64,000 bases of DNA, taken from contig JASTWF010000033.1 in NCBI GenBank assembly GCA_030390025.1, positions 1,676,001 to 1,740,000 on the forward strand. Direction: 5' to 3'. The notes under the pieces were generated by a model. It saw nothing but the letters and a program-made list of their open reading frames with translations, had not been told where the DNA came from and made no database searches. Position 1 is the stretch's first letter; each line of letters starts with the position of its first letter. The position numbers and the translations under genes were made by a program. Shown here one piece after another: positions 36,833-50,034 of the stretch. The DNA comes from Squalus acanthias (taxonomy: Eukaryota).

Positions 36833-37636
36833 GTGTTTGATGGGACTGTGTAGAGGGAACTTTACTCTGTATCTAACCCGTGCTGTACCTGCATTGGGAG
36901 TGTTTGATGGGATAGTGTAGAGGGAGCTTTACTCTGTATCTAACCCGTGCTGTACCTGCCCTGGGAGTGTTTCATGGGACAGTATAGAGCGAGCTTTACT
37001 CTGTATCTAACCCGTGCTGTACCTGCCCTGGGAGTGTTTGATGGGACAATGCAGAGGGAGCTTCACTCTGTATCTAACCCATGCTGTACCTGCCCTGGGA
37101 GTGTTTGATGGGACAGTGTAGAGGGAGCTTTACTCTGTATCTAACCCGTGCTGTACCTGCCCTGGGAGTGTTTGATGGGACAGTGTAGAGGGAGTTTTAC
37201 TCTGTATCTAACCCGTGCTGTACCTGCCCTGGGAGTGTTTGATGGGACAGTGGAGAGGGAGCTTTACTCTGTATCTAACCCGTGCTGTACCTGCCCTGGG
37301 AGTGTTTGATGGGGACAGTGTAGAGGGAGCTTTACTCTGTATCTAACCTGTGCTGTACCTGCCCTGGGAGTATTTGATGGGACAGTGTCGAGAGAGCTTT
37401 ACTCTGTATCGAACCTGTGCTATACCTACCCCGGGAGTGTTTGATGGGATTGTGTATTGGGTGCTTTACTCTGTATCGAACCCGTGCTGAACCTGCCCTG
37501 TGAGTGTTTTATGCGACAGTGTAGAGGGAGCTTTACTCTGTATCTAACCTGTGCTGTACGTGCCCTGGGAGTGTTTGATGGGACAGTGTAGAGGGGGCTT
37601 TACTCTGTATCTAACCCGTGCTGTACCTGCCCTGGG
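36833..37636 (-). repeat. 67-bp satellite, about 12 copies
   Basis: Unit gggagtgtttgatgggacagtgtagagggagctttactctgtatctaacccgtgctgtacctgccct. Confidence 0.95.
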
Positions 37637-38649
37637 ACTGTGGAGAGGGATGTCAGAGACAGGTACAGTTTCATTTTTATCATCACTTGCACCAACCATC
37701 ATACACTGGAGGTTTATATCAGGAGCTTCTGTGTGATGGTGAGGTGATCACTGGACAATAAAGTGCAGAGACTGGTTGGTGGCTGCTCATTATCCTCGGT
37801 GTGATTTAATCCCCTTTCCCACTGAATACTGCGGACAGACAGGCTCACCTTGGGAACGGAATGGTCAGTGTGACATCACTTTCTAAACAAGAGCCCACAA
37901 GAAAATGGGTTCTCAATAAATGTTAAAGGAATTCAACGCTCTGAAGTTACACTGTGAATAAAGGAAATAAAATGCTGAAAAATAATGGCTGAGGATAATG
38001 ATTTCTCTCTGTGGAATGTGCTTGCACACATTAAGAATGATGAGCTTTGTACACACACACACACAGCAAACACTTTGTGAGGCTCTTTTCAGTTGTTGCT
38101 CTGAACCCGCTGAGAGCTGGTGCACCCGGTGGGCATCAGGACCCTGCGGCCGCCCATCCAGCGGTGCTGTGAGGTCACGGTTCCAGGCTCTGTCTCACCC
38201 AATCAGTGGGTCCCGTCAAAGCTCAATAGAAAATACTGCAGCAAAAATAATCCTGAACATTCATAAACTGGGAGCAATCGGCACAGCACAACACAAGTGT
38301 GAATTAGTAAACTTTAACACACAGAGTCTGTCACTAATTAGTACAAAGTGCAGGGCACTATTGCTCACCTTCAGTCCTGTCCCTCAATCCCAGCTCATCT
38401 CTGGGGGATTGTTACAAGGTTCACCCCGTCCTTTCAACACAGATATTACCCACATAATCCCACATCAATTAGACATTGCACACAGTTTCTGACAGTTATT
38501 AACAAGACTAGACCGATGCTTCAAAGCAAAAAATGATTGCATCCTCCCACCCACTCAAATATAATGTCTTTATTTATATTAATTAATTTCTGTCTGTCTG
38601 TCTTTGTGTGTGTGGGAGTGAGTGCAGTAATAACTCAGACATAGTCTAG

Positions 38650-39155
38650 TAAACAGAGACCGGGCCGAGTGTAATACAAACAGAGACAGGGTCTAGTGTA
38701 ATACAAACAGAGACAGGGTCTAGTGTAATATAAACAGAGACAGGGCCTAGTGTAATATAAACAGAGACAGGGCCTAGTGTAATATAAACAGAGACAGGGC
38801 CTAGTGTGATATAAACAGAGACAGGGCCTAGTGTAATATCAACAGAGACAGGGTCTAGTGTGATATCAACAGAGACAGGGTCTAGTGTGATATAAACCGA
38901 GACAGGGTCTCGTGTGATATAAACCGAGACAGGGTCTCGTGTGATATCAACAGAGACAGGGTCTAGTGTGATATCAACAGAGACAGGGTCTAGTGTAATA
39001 TAAACAGAGACAGGGTCTAGTGTAATATAAACAGAGACAGGGTCTAGTGTGATATCAACAGAGACAGGGTCTAGTGTAATATAAACAGAGACAAGGTCTA
39101 GTGTGATATCAACAGAGACAGGGTCTAGTATAATTTTAACAGAGACAGGCTCTAG
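38650..39155 (+). repeat. 27-bp minisatellite (second family), about 18 copies
   Basis: Unit aaacagagacagggtctagtgtaatat. Confidence 0.93.
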
Positions 39156-39199
39156 TGCCAGGATATTGGGTCAGGCCCACCATGTAAAATGAGTTTGAC

Positions 39200-39620
39200 T
39201 CCCCTGCGGTTGTTCTCCTTCGAGCAGAGAATCCCAACAGGAGATTTGAGAGAGGTGTTTAAAATCACGAAGGGTTTAGAGTAAATAAAGAGAAACCGTT
39301 TCCAGTGACTGAAGGGTCGATAACCAGAGGGCACTGATTGAAGGTGATTGACAAAAGAACCAGAGGTGACACGAGGGAAAAACCTATTTACACAACGAGT
39401 GGTTAGGATTTGGAACGCACTGCCTGATAGGCTGGTGGATACAGATTCAATAGTAGCCTTCAAAAGGGAATTGGAGAAATACTTGAAGGAGAAAACATTG
39501 CAGGGGTTTGGGGAATGAGCAGGGGAGTGGGACTAACTGGATTGCTCTTCGAAAGAGCCGGCACAGACTCGATGGGCAGAATAGCCTCCTTCTGTGTGGT
39601 ACTATTCGATGATTGTATGA
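39200..39620 (+). mobile_element. Old CR1 3' fragment
   Basis: ttgttctccttcgagcagag...ggagatttgagagaggtgtttaaaatc and 3'UTR gagccggcacagactcgatggg. Confidence 0.85.
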
Positions 39621-41009
39621 CAATCTCTTTCTATTTTAATATTTATGATGTTATTGTCGACAGCACATCCCACAGCTGGAATCTGAGCATCACCCACAGG
39701 AGTGGAGACTGATGTGAAACCATCTTTAACAGTCTACTGACTCCTGACGTAGCTGGAAAAGCTTTTGCTATTATTCCCACAATTGGGCACCATCAGCTTT
39801 TCCAAAGATCTCTGAGCTTCTCTAATGGCTGCTTTCCTCTCCCTCCATTGTGGGTGATATTTCTCCCTATTCTCCTGTAAACTGAATCCATCTTGATCTG
39901 AACTGGGTTCAATGTGAGACAGTTCGGGGAGTCAGGCATCATTCACCCCTAGACCTGCACTGACAGGTTAAACCCCAGACAGCTCCTTAGTAAGGATTGC
40001 TCTGGTTCCTCACCATATGTGTGTCAGGATACTGAAACCCAGCTTTCTCACAGTCCACTCTTGGAGGCCCCACTCCCTGAGCCTACAACCTTCAGCAGGG
40101 TCAGTGCTGGAGTTCCACAGCGGGAGTGATCCCAGAGTAACTGTCAGGATCGCACCCCGTGGATGTTCCGGGTCGTGTATTTTTAGTTATCCTGGTGTCT
40201 AACAGCACACATCAATAAAACAGGAAATTCCTGGAAACACGCTGCAGGTCCTTCTTTATCTGGAGATCAAATGTCTGTTGTATAATTGTACCAGCAGTAA
40301 ACAGGCTCCTGTGAACTCCTCCCTCTGCTATTTTAATGCAGACTTCAACCAATTTATTTTAAACGGGTTTATTTTAAATGAGCTAACACCTGCCTTAAAA
40401 TGGTAGAGTCAGGACTGTCACACACACACATATTAAATCTTCGTGGAATAATTACCAGTCATTTTGAGACTGGAAACTTAACCCTGCCGTTTCACTTTCA
40501 GTCAGGAACAGATCGCAGTTTGACACCAATCTCTGATTTGACAGCTCGTTTCCAGCATTCACTGTTGTTCTTCCTGACTCTAAACACAGTTGTAAAGGAG
40601 CCTTCTGTTCCGTGCCCAGGAGCTGTGACCCATGGGAGAGAGCGGCTGGGACACATTCCTTACAGGCCTCAAGATTAACCTGCATGGGGACATAACTGTC
40701 ACTGAAGAGAGACGAGAAAGACCAAAGTGCCGTTTGCCCCGCTCAGTGTGGCACTGAAGGACTGTGTCCAGGCTATAGTTCTGTTCCTGCCGTACGATCC
40801 TCCCCCAGATTGTCCTTTCTGAGCTCCAGCCAGGTGATGCTAAACACTCAGGTGGGAACGACAAAAATGCACAACAATGTGTTTAAAGCAAAGTTGATTT
40901 ATTTGACATACATCCAGAAATTTAAACCCCAGCCCAGCTGTCAGTGTGAACACGATTCAGTCCGGATGTAATTAACAGCAGCAATAACAGCAGAATCCAA
41001 CACCTGCAG

Positions 41010-41627
41010 TCACTTGTGAACTCGCTGGTGTGTAAGCAGGTTGGATGATTGAGTGAATCCCTTCCCACACTCGGAGCAGGTGAACGGTCTCTCCCCGGTG
41101 TGAACTCGCTGGTGTTCCTGCAGATCCGTTTTTCTTTTAAATCTCTTCTCACAGTCAGAACATTTAAAAGGTCTCTCATCAGTATGAACAAGTTGGTGTC
41201 TCAGCAGGTGGGATGACCGAGTGAATCCCTTCCCACACTCGGAGCAGGTGAACGGTCTCTCCCCAGTGTGAACTCGCTGGTGTACAGTGAGGTCAGATGA
41301 TTGGCTGAACCCAGTCCCACAGTGAGAGCACCTGAACGGTTTCTCGTCAGTGTGAACATGTTGATGGCGTGTCAGTTCCCCGGAACTTTTATAGCACTTC
41401 CCTCAGTCCGGGCATTTAAAAGGTCTCTCCCTAGTGTGAACTCGCTGGTGTCTCAGGAGGGCGGATGAATTAGTGAATTCCTTCCCACACACAGTGCAGG
41501 TGAACGGCCTCTCCTCGGTGTGACTGTGCTGGTGACTCGACAGGCTAGAGGATCGGCTGAAGCCTCGTCCACACACAGAACACGTGTACGGTTTCTCCCT
41601 GCTCTGAATGGTGCTTTCTGCTTCCAT
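41010..41627 (-). pseudogene. ZNF F, 7 fingers, premature TGA in finger 3
   Basis: aac[21 protein letters not shown] at 41403-41405; acceptor at 41722-41723; inverted paralog of C. Confidence 0.88.
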
Positions 41628-42224
41628 GTTCAAAGGTCCTGATGAATTGAGTGACTCTGTCAGATCTTGAAGTGATGTTTGGTTTGAGTTTCCTGTCTGC
41701 AAATCCTCCCCTTCTAACAGCCTGTAAAATGAATTTAAAACAGGAAAAAGGGAGGGTGAGAGAGAACCCACAAAAACACAAAGGCAGGTTGTGAAATTGA
41801 GCTGAATGAATCTGGGAATTTGTGGGGCCGGCACTAGAAAAAAGTGACCATGAAAGCTGCCGGATTGTCGTAAAAACCCAACTGGTTCACTAATGTCCTT
41901 CAGGGAAGGGAACCCGTCACCCGGTCTGGGCCGACACAAGACTCTGGTCTCTATGGGAGGAGAGAGAGCGAGGTGGGAGGGGGAGGAGTGAAGGAGAGCG
42001 ACTTTATACATCTACAACTCGACTAGAACTTTGACAGCACCTCCCAAACACGTGACCGTCCACCACCTAGAAGGACAAGGGCAGCAGGTGCATGGGAACA
42101 CCATCACCTCCCAGTTCCCCTCCAAGTCACACACTATCCTGCATATATCGCCGTTCCTACTCGGTGTTGCCCCGGGCACGGCGGCTCTGACTCGGGGCCT
42201 GAGAACCGCACTCGGTGTTGCTGA

Positions 42225-43385
42225 GGATTCCGACCCTGGCACTGTACATGGGGATTCTAACCCTGGGACTGTACATGGGGATTCTAACCCTGGGACTGTA
42301 CATGGGGATTCTAACCCTGGGACTGTACATGGTGATTCTAACCCTGGGACTGTACATGGGGATTCCAACCCTGGGACTGTACATGGGGATTCTAACCCTG
42401 GGACTGTACATGGGGATTCTAACCCTGGGACTGTACATGGGGAATCTAACCCTGGGACTGTACATGGGGATTCTAACCCTGGGACTGTACATGGTGATTC
42501 TAACCCTGGGACTGTACATGGGGATTCCAACCCTGGGACTGTACATGGGGATTCCAACCCTGGGACTGTACATGGGGATTCTAACCCTGGGACTGTACAT
42601 GGGGATTCTAACACTGCGACTGTACATGGGGATTCAAACCCTGGGACTGTACATGGGGATTCCAACCCTGGGACTGTACATGGGGATTCCAACCCTGGGA
42701 CTGTACATGGGGATTCTAACCCTGGGACTGTACATGGGGATTCTAACCCTGGGACTGTACATGGGGATTCCAACACTGGGACTGTACATGGGGATTCTAA
42801 CCCTGGGACTGTACATGGGGATTCCAACCCTGGGACTGTACAAGGGGAGCCCAGCTCTGGGACTGTACATGTGGATTCTAACCCTGGGACTGTACCTGGG
42901 GATTCTAACCCTGGGACTGTACATGGGGATTCTAACCCTGGGACTCTACATGGGGATTCTAACCCTGGGACTGTACATGGGGATTCCAACCCTGGGACTG
43001 TACAAGGGGATTCTAACCCTGGGACTGTACATGGGGATTCTAACCCTGGGACTGTACAAGGGGATTCTAACCCTGGGACTGTACATGGGGATTCCAACCC
43101 TGGGACTGTACATGGGGATTCCAACCCTGGGACTGTACATGGGGATTCTAACCCTGGGACTGTACATGGGGATTCTAACCCTGGGACTGTATATCGGGAT
43201 TCTAACCCTGGGACTGTACATGGGGATTCTAACCCTGGGACTGTACATGGGGATTCTAACCCTGGGACTGTACATGGTGATTCTAACCCTGGGACTGTAC
43301 ATGGGGATGCTAACCCTGGGACTGTACATGGGGATTCTAACCCTGGGACTGTACATGGGGATTCTAACCCTGGGACTGTACAAGG
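42225..43385 (-). repeat. 27-bp minisatellite, about 43 copies
   Basis: Unit atggggattctaaccctgggactgtac. Confidence 0.96.
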
Positions 43386-43519
43386 GGGGGCCCAGCTCTG
43401 GGGCTCTTCTGTTACAATTGTGCGGGATGTTAACCGTATGCTCTGCTTTTACCAGCGCCTTCAGTAGAGACGGTGAGAAATCGAAGTGTGGAGAGTCTGA
43501 ATCAAATAACTGAGTCTGT

Positions 43520-43900
43520 GATTACTTTCCCGGGCACTAGGACCCGGTTGGGAACAGACACTGAAGCCCCGCCCACTCTTTGTTCCGGCAGCAAGATGAC
43601 CGCGCATGCGCTTTGCCACTCACTGAATCAAGATGGCGGCCGTTATCCTGGGCTTTTGACCGGGAGAAGCCCCGAAGCTGCAAACACGGGACCTTCAGGT
43701 TATTATTCGGGGTTTGCGGCCTGCAGCAGTTGTTTATGAAGCCTCCCCGCCCACCCACCGGTCCATTACTCCGCTCCGTCCGGTCGCTTTTCACCAATTA
43801 AGCAGGAGCTGATCCACAGGCGACGTCCTCTGAGATGACACGCATGCCCAAACCAGACGGGTCGAGCGCCTTCTCACTGGGCTCCTGTAGTCTGGGTTCG
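43520..43900. promoter_or_regulatory. CpG promoter of ZNF F (inverted paralog of 14140-14520)
   Basis: ccccgccc, cgcgcatgcgc, caagatggcggccg at about 43629. Confidence 0.68.
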
Positions 43901-44009
43901 GCACATTCTCCCCCGCGGGGAATGCTGGGTAAAAGCCCCGCCATTGAAAGGCCCCTTTAGTGAATAGATCAGAATTTACTGCGATTACATTGAGCACTGA
44001 AAATTGTTC

Positions 44010-44220
44010 ATTCCAGCAGTTAGAAGGTGTTTCTCCTGATCTTAATAACCCCTATACCTGTGCTGGAGATTGATATTCTGTATAAATATTGAATAAATCA
44101 GCTTTGTATAAACACAGTGGGTCGAATATTTGATTTCTCCATGATAAGAGGAGACTAATTGATGTTCTGTTACCGAATGTTCCATTTTTTGGGCCCTTTT
44201 CTGACTCTAACTTATATCAC
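44010..44220 (+). other. Orphan diverged ZNF-family 3'UTR without coding exon
   Basis: ttaataacccctata...gctggag...aataaatcagctttg...gataagaggagactaattgatg matches 32720-32870 and 21060-21140. Confidence 0.7.
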
Positions 44221-46309
44221 TTCTCACCTAGTTTTCCTTCTACCGCATCAAACCCCAGGCTGGTTCTGTTTGAGTACATGGCTTGTGGGTGTCATAGACT
44301 GAACTGGAGTGTCTCACTTTACACTCATCTGAAGTTCCTTTGAACCACCCTTGTATAGAACTATCTTGCATAAGATTTGAAATCTGTTACTTGCTGTATC
44401 AGTTAACCCTTTTTGGATCTGATTTGGTAAAAACAACTCCACATATATTGCATGTGATCGCCTTTGAAATGTTCTGATCTTTGTAATTGTCATTGCTGAT
44501 TTTGATGCGCTCTTTGATTTAATCTTTTGTTATCAACATACCTTGCACTATTTCTTTAATCGAGAAAATTGTTTCAAATACTTCCTTTATCAGGTCTTTA
44601 GCTCCTCCATTGATCCCTGTCAGTAATCCTTGGTTAGAGTTTAGGGGCTGGGGTTCGGGTTAGCATGTTAGGCTATGAGACAGTGATTAGGGATAGAAAC
44701 CACTATTGACAACGCCAGTGTCACTAGACATGTTCTCTTTCATTTCATGGTGTTTTAACCTCATGCAGATGAGTCAGAAAACAGCCTCATGAATTGTTCA
44801 TTCAAGGAACCTTCTTTCTGGCCCGAGCATGATTTCCTCTCTTCTTTCACATCTCTACATTTGCCACAGAAAAATACATCAGGGTCATTAGACTTTGGAC
44901 AGGAAAAGGTGGATCCAGGTGTTGTGCTGGTTACATCCAATCATCGGCCTACCTGAAAAGGGCTTCTGACAATACCCTGTCACCAGGCCCCAGCAGTAAC
45001 CAGCTGATTGCAACGTCATATCTTCATCCATTACCCGCCCTCGCTAGAGCTGGTTTCACCACCATGACCATTCCCCATACTGAGGCTCTCTGATTCACAT
45101 TTTATAGACTCAGTGTAAGTGGTCCCTGGATTTGGTGTCTAAGTGTAAGTGATCCCGACACAGAGCAGGTTCCTACATGTTGCAGCCCATCCGGCGGGGC
45201 CCGCTGGGTCAGGATATAAAGAGACCGCGCGCTGTTCCTCCTCCCACTGCCGGGGGGAATGGGCCAGATATTTAAAGGGACAGGTACTCCCCTTTCTCTG
45301 CCTATTTATATTTAAAGGGACAGTCTTCTTTGTCTTGGAGTGTCGGCGGACTTCACTATCAGAGCTCCCATTAACAGTTGCTCCCTTCTTTACTGTGCAG
45401 TGAATGGAAAGCTGTATATTTCAGTAACTTACATTACATAGGATTACAAGATTATACAATATAGGGTCAGGATATAAAGCGACCGCGCGCTGTTCCTCCT
45501 CCCACTGCCTGGGGGAATGGGGCAGATATTTAAAGGGACAGGGACTCCCCTTTCTCTGCTTATTTATAGTTAAAGGGTGACAGACCAGTTTAACTTGGCA
45601 TGTCGGAGGACTCGATAACAGAGCTCCTATTAATGGGTTTGGATTAGGGGTTAGGGATAGAAACAACTATTGACAACACCAGTTTCACTAGATGCAGCCT
45701 TTTTCATTTGGAGTCACAGTGTAAGTGGTCCCTGGATTTGGTGTCTCAGTGTAAGTTGTCCCTGGATTTGGTGTCTCGGTGTAAGTAGTCCCTGGATTTG
45801 GTGTCTCAGCATAAGTAGTCTGCACATAAAGCAGTTTCCTGAGGCCCCCCACCCACCCACACACAAAGCGGGTTCCCGCGGGGTCAGGATATAGAGAGAC
45901 CGTGCGCTGTTCCTCCTCCCACTGTCTGGGGGAATGGGCCAGATATTTAAAGGGACAGAGACTCCCCTTTCTCTGCATATTTATAGTTAAAGGGACAGAC
46001 CCGTTTATCTTGGAGTGTCGGCGGACTTCACTAACAGAGTTCCCATTAACAGTCGCTCCCTTCTGTACTGTGCAGTGATTGTAAACCTGTCTGTTTCAGT
46101 GACTTGAGCCTTTCTAAAATGTCTCACTGTTTTTGATGATCCATTTGACTTGCTTGTTTAATATTGAGACTTCAGAATTTTGCAATGTTGGAGTGACATT
46201 TCTTCCAAATATTCTGTTCTAACCCTCCGTCCCCCGTCCCCAACCCCCACCCCAACGCCACTTTAGAACACACTGCACTACTGACTAGGATGGTCCCATG
46301 TTCAATCCT

Positions 46310-46650
46310 TGATCAGACCACTCACCTTTTCTCCTCCATTTACAGACGCTCCCTGACCATTCTCCATTTCTCCTTCATTTACAGACGCTCCCTGACCAGC
46401 CACCATTTCTCCTTCATTTACAAATGCTCCCTGACCACTCACCTTTTCTTCTCCATTTACAGACGCTCCCTGACCAGTCTCCATTTCTCCTCCATTTACA
46501 GACGCTCCCTGACCAGTCTCCATTTCTCCTCCATTTCCAGACGCTCCCTGACCAGTCTCCATTTCTCCTCCATTTACAGACGCTCCCTGACCAGTCTCCA
46601 TTTACAGACGCTCCCTGACCAGTCTCCATTTACAGACGCTCCCTGACTCA
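46310..46650 (+). repeat. 39-bp minisatellite, about 9 copies
   Basis: Unit ccatttctcctccatttacagacgctccctgaccagtct; same family at 61365-62060. Confidence 0.93.
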
Positions 46651-46799
46651 CTTCCTCCCTGTCCCAGAGTTTACCGCGGGGCCGCTTTGTGGACTTTCTG
46701 TTGTTCGCTCCACACCACAGATGGAACCCTGTGAGGTGGAGCAAAGATTGCTACATTTGGCAGTGAAATGGATTCACTCACGACAGACAGCAGGGATTA

Positions 46800-47320
46800 T
46801 TTCAGGAAATAACACAGTGTAGTGAGAAAGGAAATGCAGTGGATGTTGTGGAGATGGATTGTCAAAAGGTGTTTGACAAGGTGCCGGACAGGAGGCTTGT
46901 TGATCAAATGAAGGCTGACGGTATTAAAGGGAGTGGGGCAGCATGGATAGGAAGTTGGGTAAAGGGCAGAAAACAGAGAGTAGTGGTTAATGGATGTTCT
47001 TCAGACTGGAGGGATGTACACAGTGGTGTCCCCCAGGGTCAGTGTTGGGACCACTGCTCTTCTCAATATAGAGAAATGATCTGGGCTTGGGTATGTGGGG
47101 CACAAGATCAAAATCTCCAGATGAGACCAAAATAGGGACCCTGGCCAACTGTGAAGAGGACTGTAAGTGACTTCAGTGTGAATACACAGGTTAGTAAATG
47201 GGGCAGGGAGATGGCAGCTGAAATTTAATGCAGAGAAATGTGAGGTGATGCATTTTGGGAGGAAGAAAAAAGTAGGAAATCTACATTAAATGGAAATAGT
47301 TTAAAAGGAGTGGAGGAGCC
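46800..47320 (+). mobile_element. Old CR1 RT fragment
   Basis: DVVEMDCQKVFDKVP...RKQRVVVNGCSSDW..SGVPQG. Confidence 0.85.
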
Positions 47321-47859
47321 GAACAGTAAAGAGGTGTGGTTTACAAAGACACTTTCCCTGGTTCCCTTTTCTTCAGTAATGTTCTCATTATCCCTAAACT
47401 ACCCTGCCTGCTGTTAATGATGTTATTTCTTATAGTTTCACAATTCTAGGTATAAACATCACACATTATAATCTGATCTATTCTATTACTCACTCTGGTT
47501 TAAGCTTATATTGTGGTTAATAACAGACAAACCCGGTTCTTTCCCCTGATCTGATTAGAGTTTCACCGGAGCGGAATTTGTGGAATGGAATGTCTTATCA
47601 GTGTTGCCATGGCGACCTGTCTGCAGTGAAGCTCCTGTTTGAGTTTCTAACTCAGACTAAACTTCTCTCTCCCAGAATTCACATTATATCAGACATTTAT
47701 GTTAATGAATTTTAGCCATGTTCTGTTATTATCACTAAAACCAACAAGGGGTTCAGATACACAAACCTTTAAAAGTGGGAGGGACAAGCTGATAGTGTTT
47801 AAAAAGCACATGGGATCTTAGATTTTATAAATAGGGGTGTAGAGTACAAAAGGGCAAAT

Positions 47860-48477
47860 ACAGCACGAGTTTGATACAGAGTAAAGCTCCCTCTATACTG
47901 CCCCATCAAACACTCACAGAGCAGGTACAGCACGGGTTAGATACAGAGTAAAGCTCCCTCTACACTGTCCCATCAAACACTCCCAGGGCAGGTACAGCAC
48001 GGGTTTGATACAGAGTACAGCTCTCTCTACACTGCCCCATCAAACACTCCCAGGGCAGGTACAGCACGGGTTAGATACAGAGTAAAGCTCCCTCGACACT
48101 GTCCCATCAAACACTCCCAGGGCAGGTACAGCACGGGTTAGATACAGAGTAAAGCTCCCTCTACACTGTCCCATCTAACACTCCCAGGGCAGGTACAGCA
48201 CGGGTTAGATACAGAGTAAAGCTCCCTCTACACTGTCCCACCAAACACTCCCGGGGCAGGTACAGCACGGGTTAGATACAGAGTAATGCTCGCTCTATAC
48301 TGTCCCATCAAACACTCCCAGGGCAGGTACAGCATGGGTTAGATACAGAGTAAAGTTCCCTCTATACTGTCCCATCAAACACTCCCAGGGCAGGTACAGC
48401 ACGGGTTAGATATTGAGTAAAGCTCCCTCTACACTGTCCCATCGAACACTCCCAGGGCAGGTACAGTACGGGTTAGA
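47860..48477 (+). repeat. 67-bp satellite, about 9 copies
   Basis: Period 67 (atacagagta at 47941 and 48008). Confidence 0.95.
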
Positions 48478-48649
48478 ATATTCACAAATCTGTGAAGGCA
48501 AGTTGATGAGGTTAAGAAAGCTTATGGGATACTTGGCTTTATACACAGAGGCATTGAGTACACAAACAAGGAAGTCAGACTAAACCTTCGAATTATAGAA
48601 TCTTACCGCACATAAAAAGACCATTCAGCCGCTGTGCTTGTGTCGGCCT

Positions 48650-50030
48650 TTTAATGTCTCCAGGTTTGCTGACGATACAAAGCTCGGTGGGACAGTAAGC
48701 TGTGAGGAGGACACAAAAAGCCTGCAAAGGGATATAGACAGGTTAAGTGAGTGGGGAAGAAGGTGGCAGATGGAGTATAATGTGGAGAAATGTGAGGTTA
48801 TTCACTTTGGTAGAAAGAATAGAAAAACAGAATATTTTTTAAATGGTGAGAAATTATGAAATGTTGGTGTTCAGAGGGATTTGGGTTTCCTCGAACACAA
48901 ATCACAGAGAGTTAGCATGCAGGTACAGCAAGTAATTAGGAAGGCAAATGGCATGTTGGCCTTTATTGCAAGGGTGTTGGAATACAAGAGTAAGGAAGTC
49001 TTAATACAATTGTACAGGGCTTTGGTGAGACCACACCTGGAGTACTGTGTACAGTTTTGATCTCTGTACCTAAGGAAGGATATACTTGCCTTAGAGAGGG
49101 TGCAACGAAGGTTAACTAGATTGATTCCTGGAATGAGAGGGTTGTTCTATGATGAGAGATTGTGTAGATTGGGCCTATACTCTCTGGAGTTTAAAAGAAT
49201 GAGAGGTGATCTCATTGAAACATGTAAGATTCTGAGAGGGCTTGACAGGGTAGATGCTGAGAGGCTGCTTCCGCTGGCTGGAGAGTCTAGAACTAGGGAG
49301 CATTGTCTCAGGATAAGGGTAGGTCATTTAGGACTGAGATGAGAGGGTTGTGAATCTTTGAAATTCTCTACCCCAGAAGGCCGTGGATGCTCAGTCGTTG
49401 AGTATATTCATGGCTGAGATCGATGGATTTTTGGATATTAAGGGAATCAAGGGATATGCGGAGTGGGTGGGAAAGTGGAGTTGAGGTAGAAGATCAGCCA
49501 TGATCTTATTGAATGGCGGAGCAGGATCAAGGGGCCGTATGGCTTACTCCTGCTCCTATCCCGTGTAGTCCCACACTCCAGCTTTTTCCCATATCATTGC
49601 AAATTAGTCCTCTTCAAGTATAAAAAACTATTAAATGTTGGCGTTCAGAGAGATTTATGTGTCCTCGTACAGGAAACACATAAAGATAGCATGAAGGTAC
49701 AGCAAGCAATTAGGAAGGCAAATGGCATGTTGGCCTTTATTGCAAGGGTGTTGGAGTACAAGAGTGAGGAAGTCTTGCTACAATTGTACCGGGCCTTGGT
49801 GAGACCACACCTGGAGCTTTTGTCTCCTTATCTGAGGAAGGACATACATGCCTTAGAGGCGGTGCAACGAAGGTTCACTAGATTGATCCCTGGGATGAGA
49901 GGCTTGTCCTATGAGGAGAGATTGAGTAGATTGGGCCTATACTCTCTGGAATTTAGAAGAATGAGAGGTGATCTCATTGAAACATAAGATTCTGAGGGGG
50001 GATTGAAAGGTTTTTTCCCCCTGGCTGGAG
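48650..50030 (+). mobile_element. Two successive CR1 3'-half fragments (48650-49560, 49625-50030)
   Basis: SRFADDTKLGG...; [18 protein letters not shown]... Confidence 0.9.
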
Positions 50031-50034
50031 AGCC

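Noticed and set aside
42012..43513. Long GDSNPGTVH / MGILTLGLY repeat ORFs resembling mucin or adhesive proteins (also 14538-15429)
   Set aside because: 27-bp tandem repeat open in most frames; intronic position; no unique coding context
44750..44970. Possible unrelated exon (acceptor-like tgcag near 44768, minus donor-like acctg near 44951)
   Set aside because: No consistent frame or recognisable product
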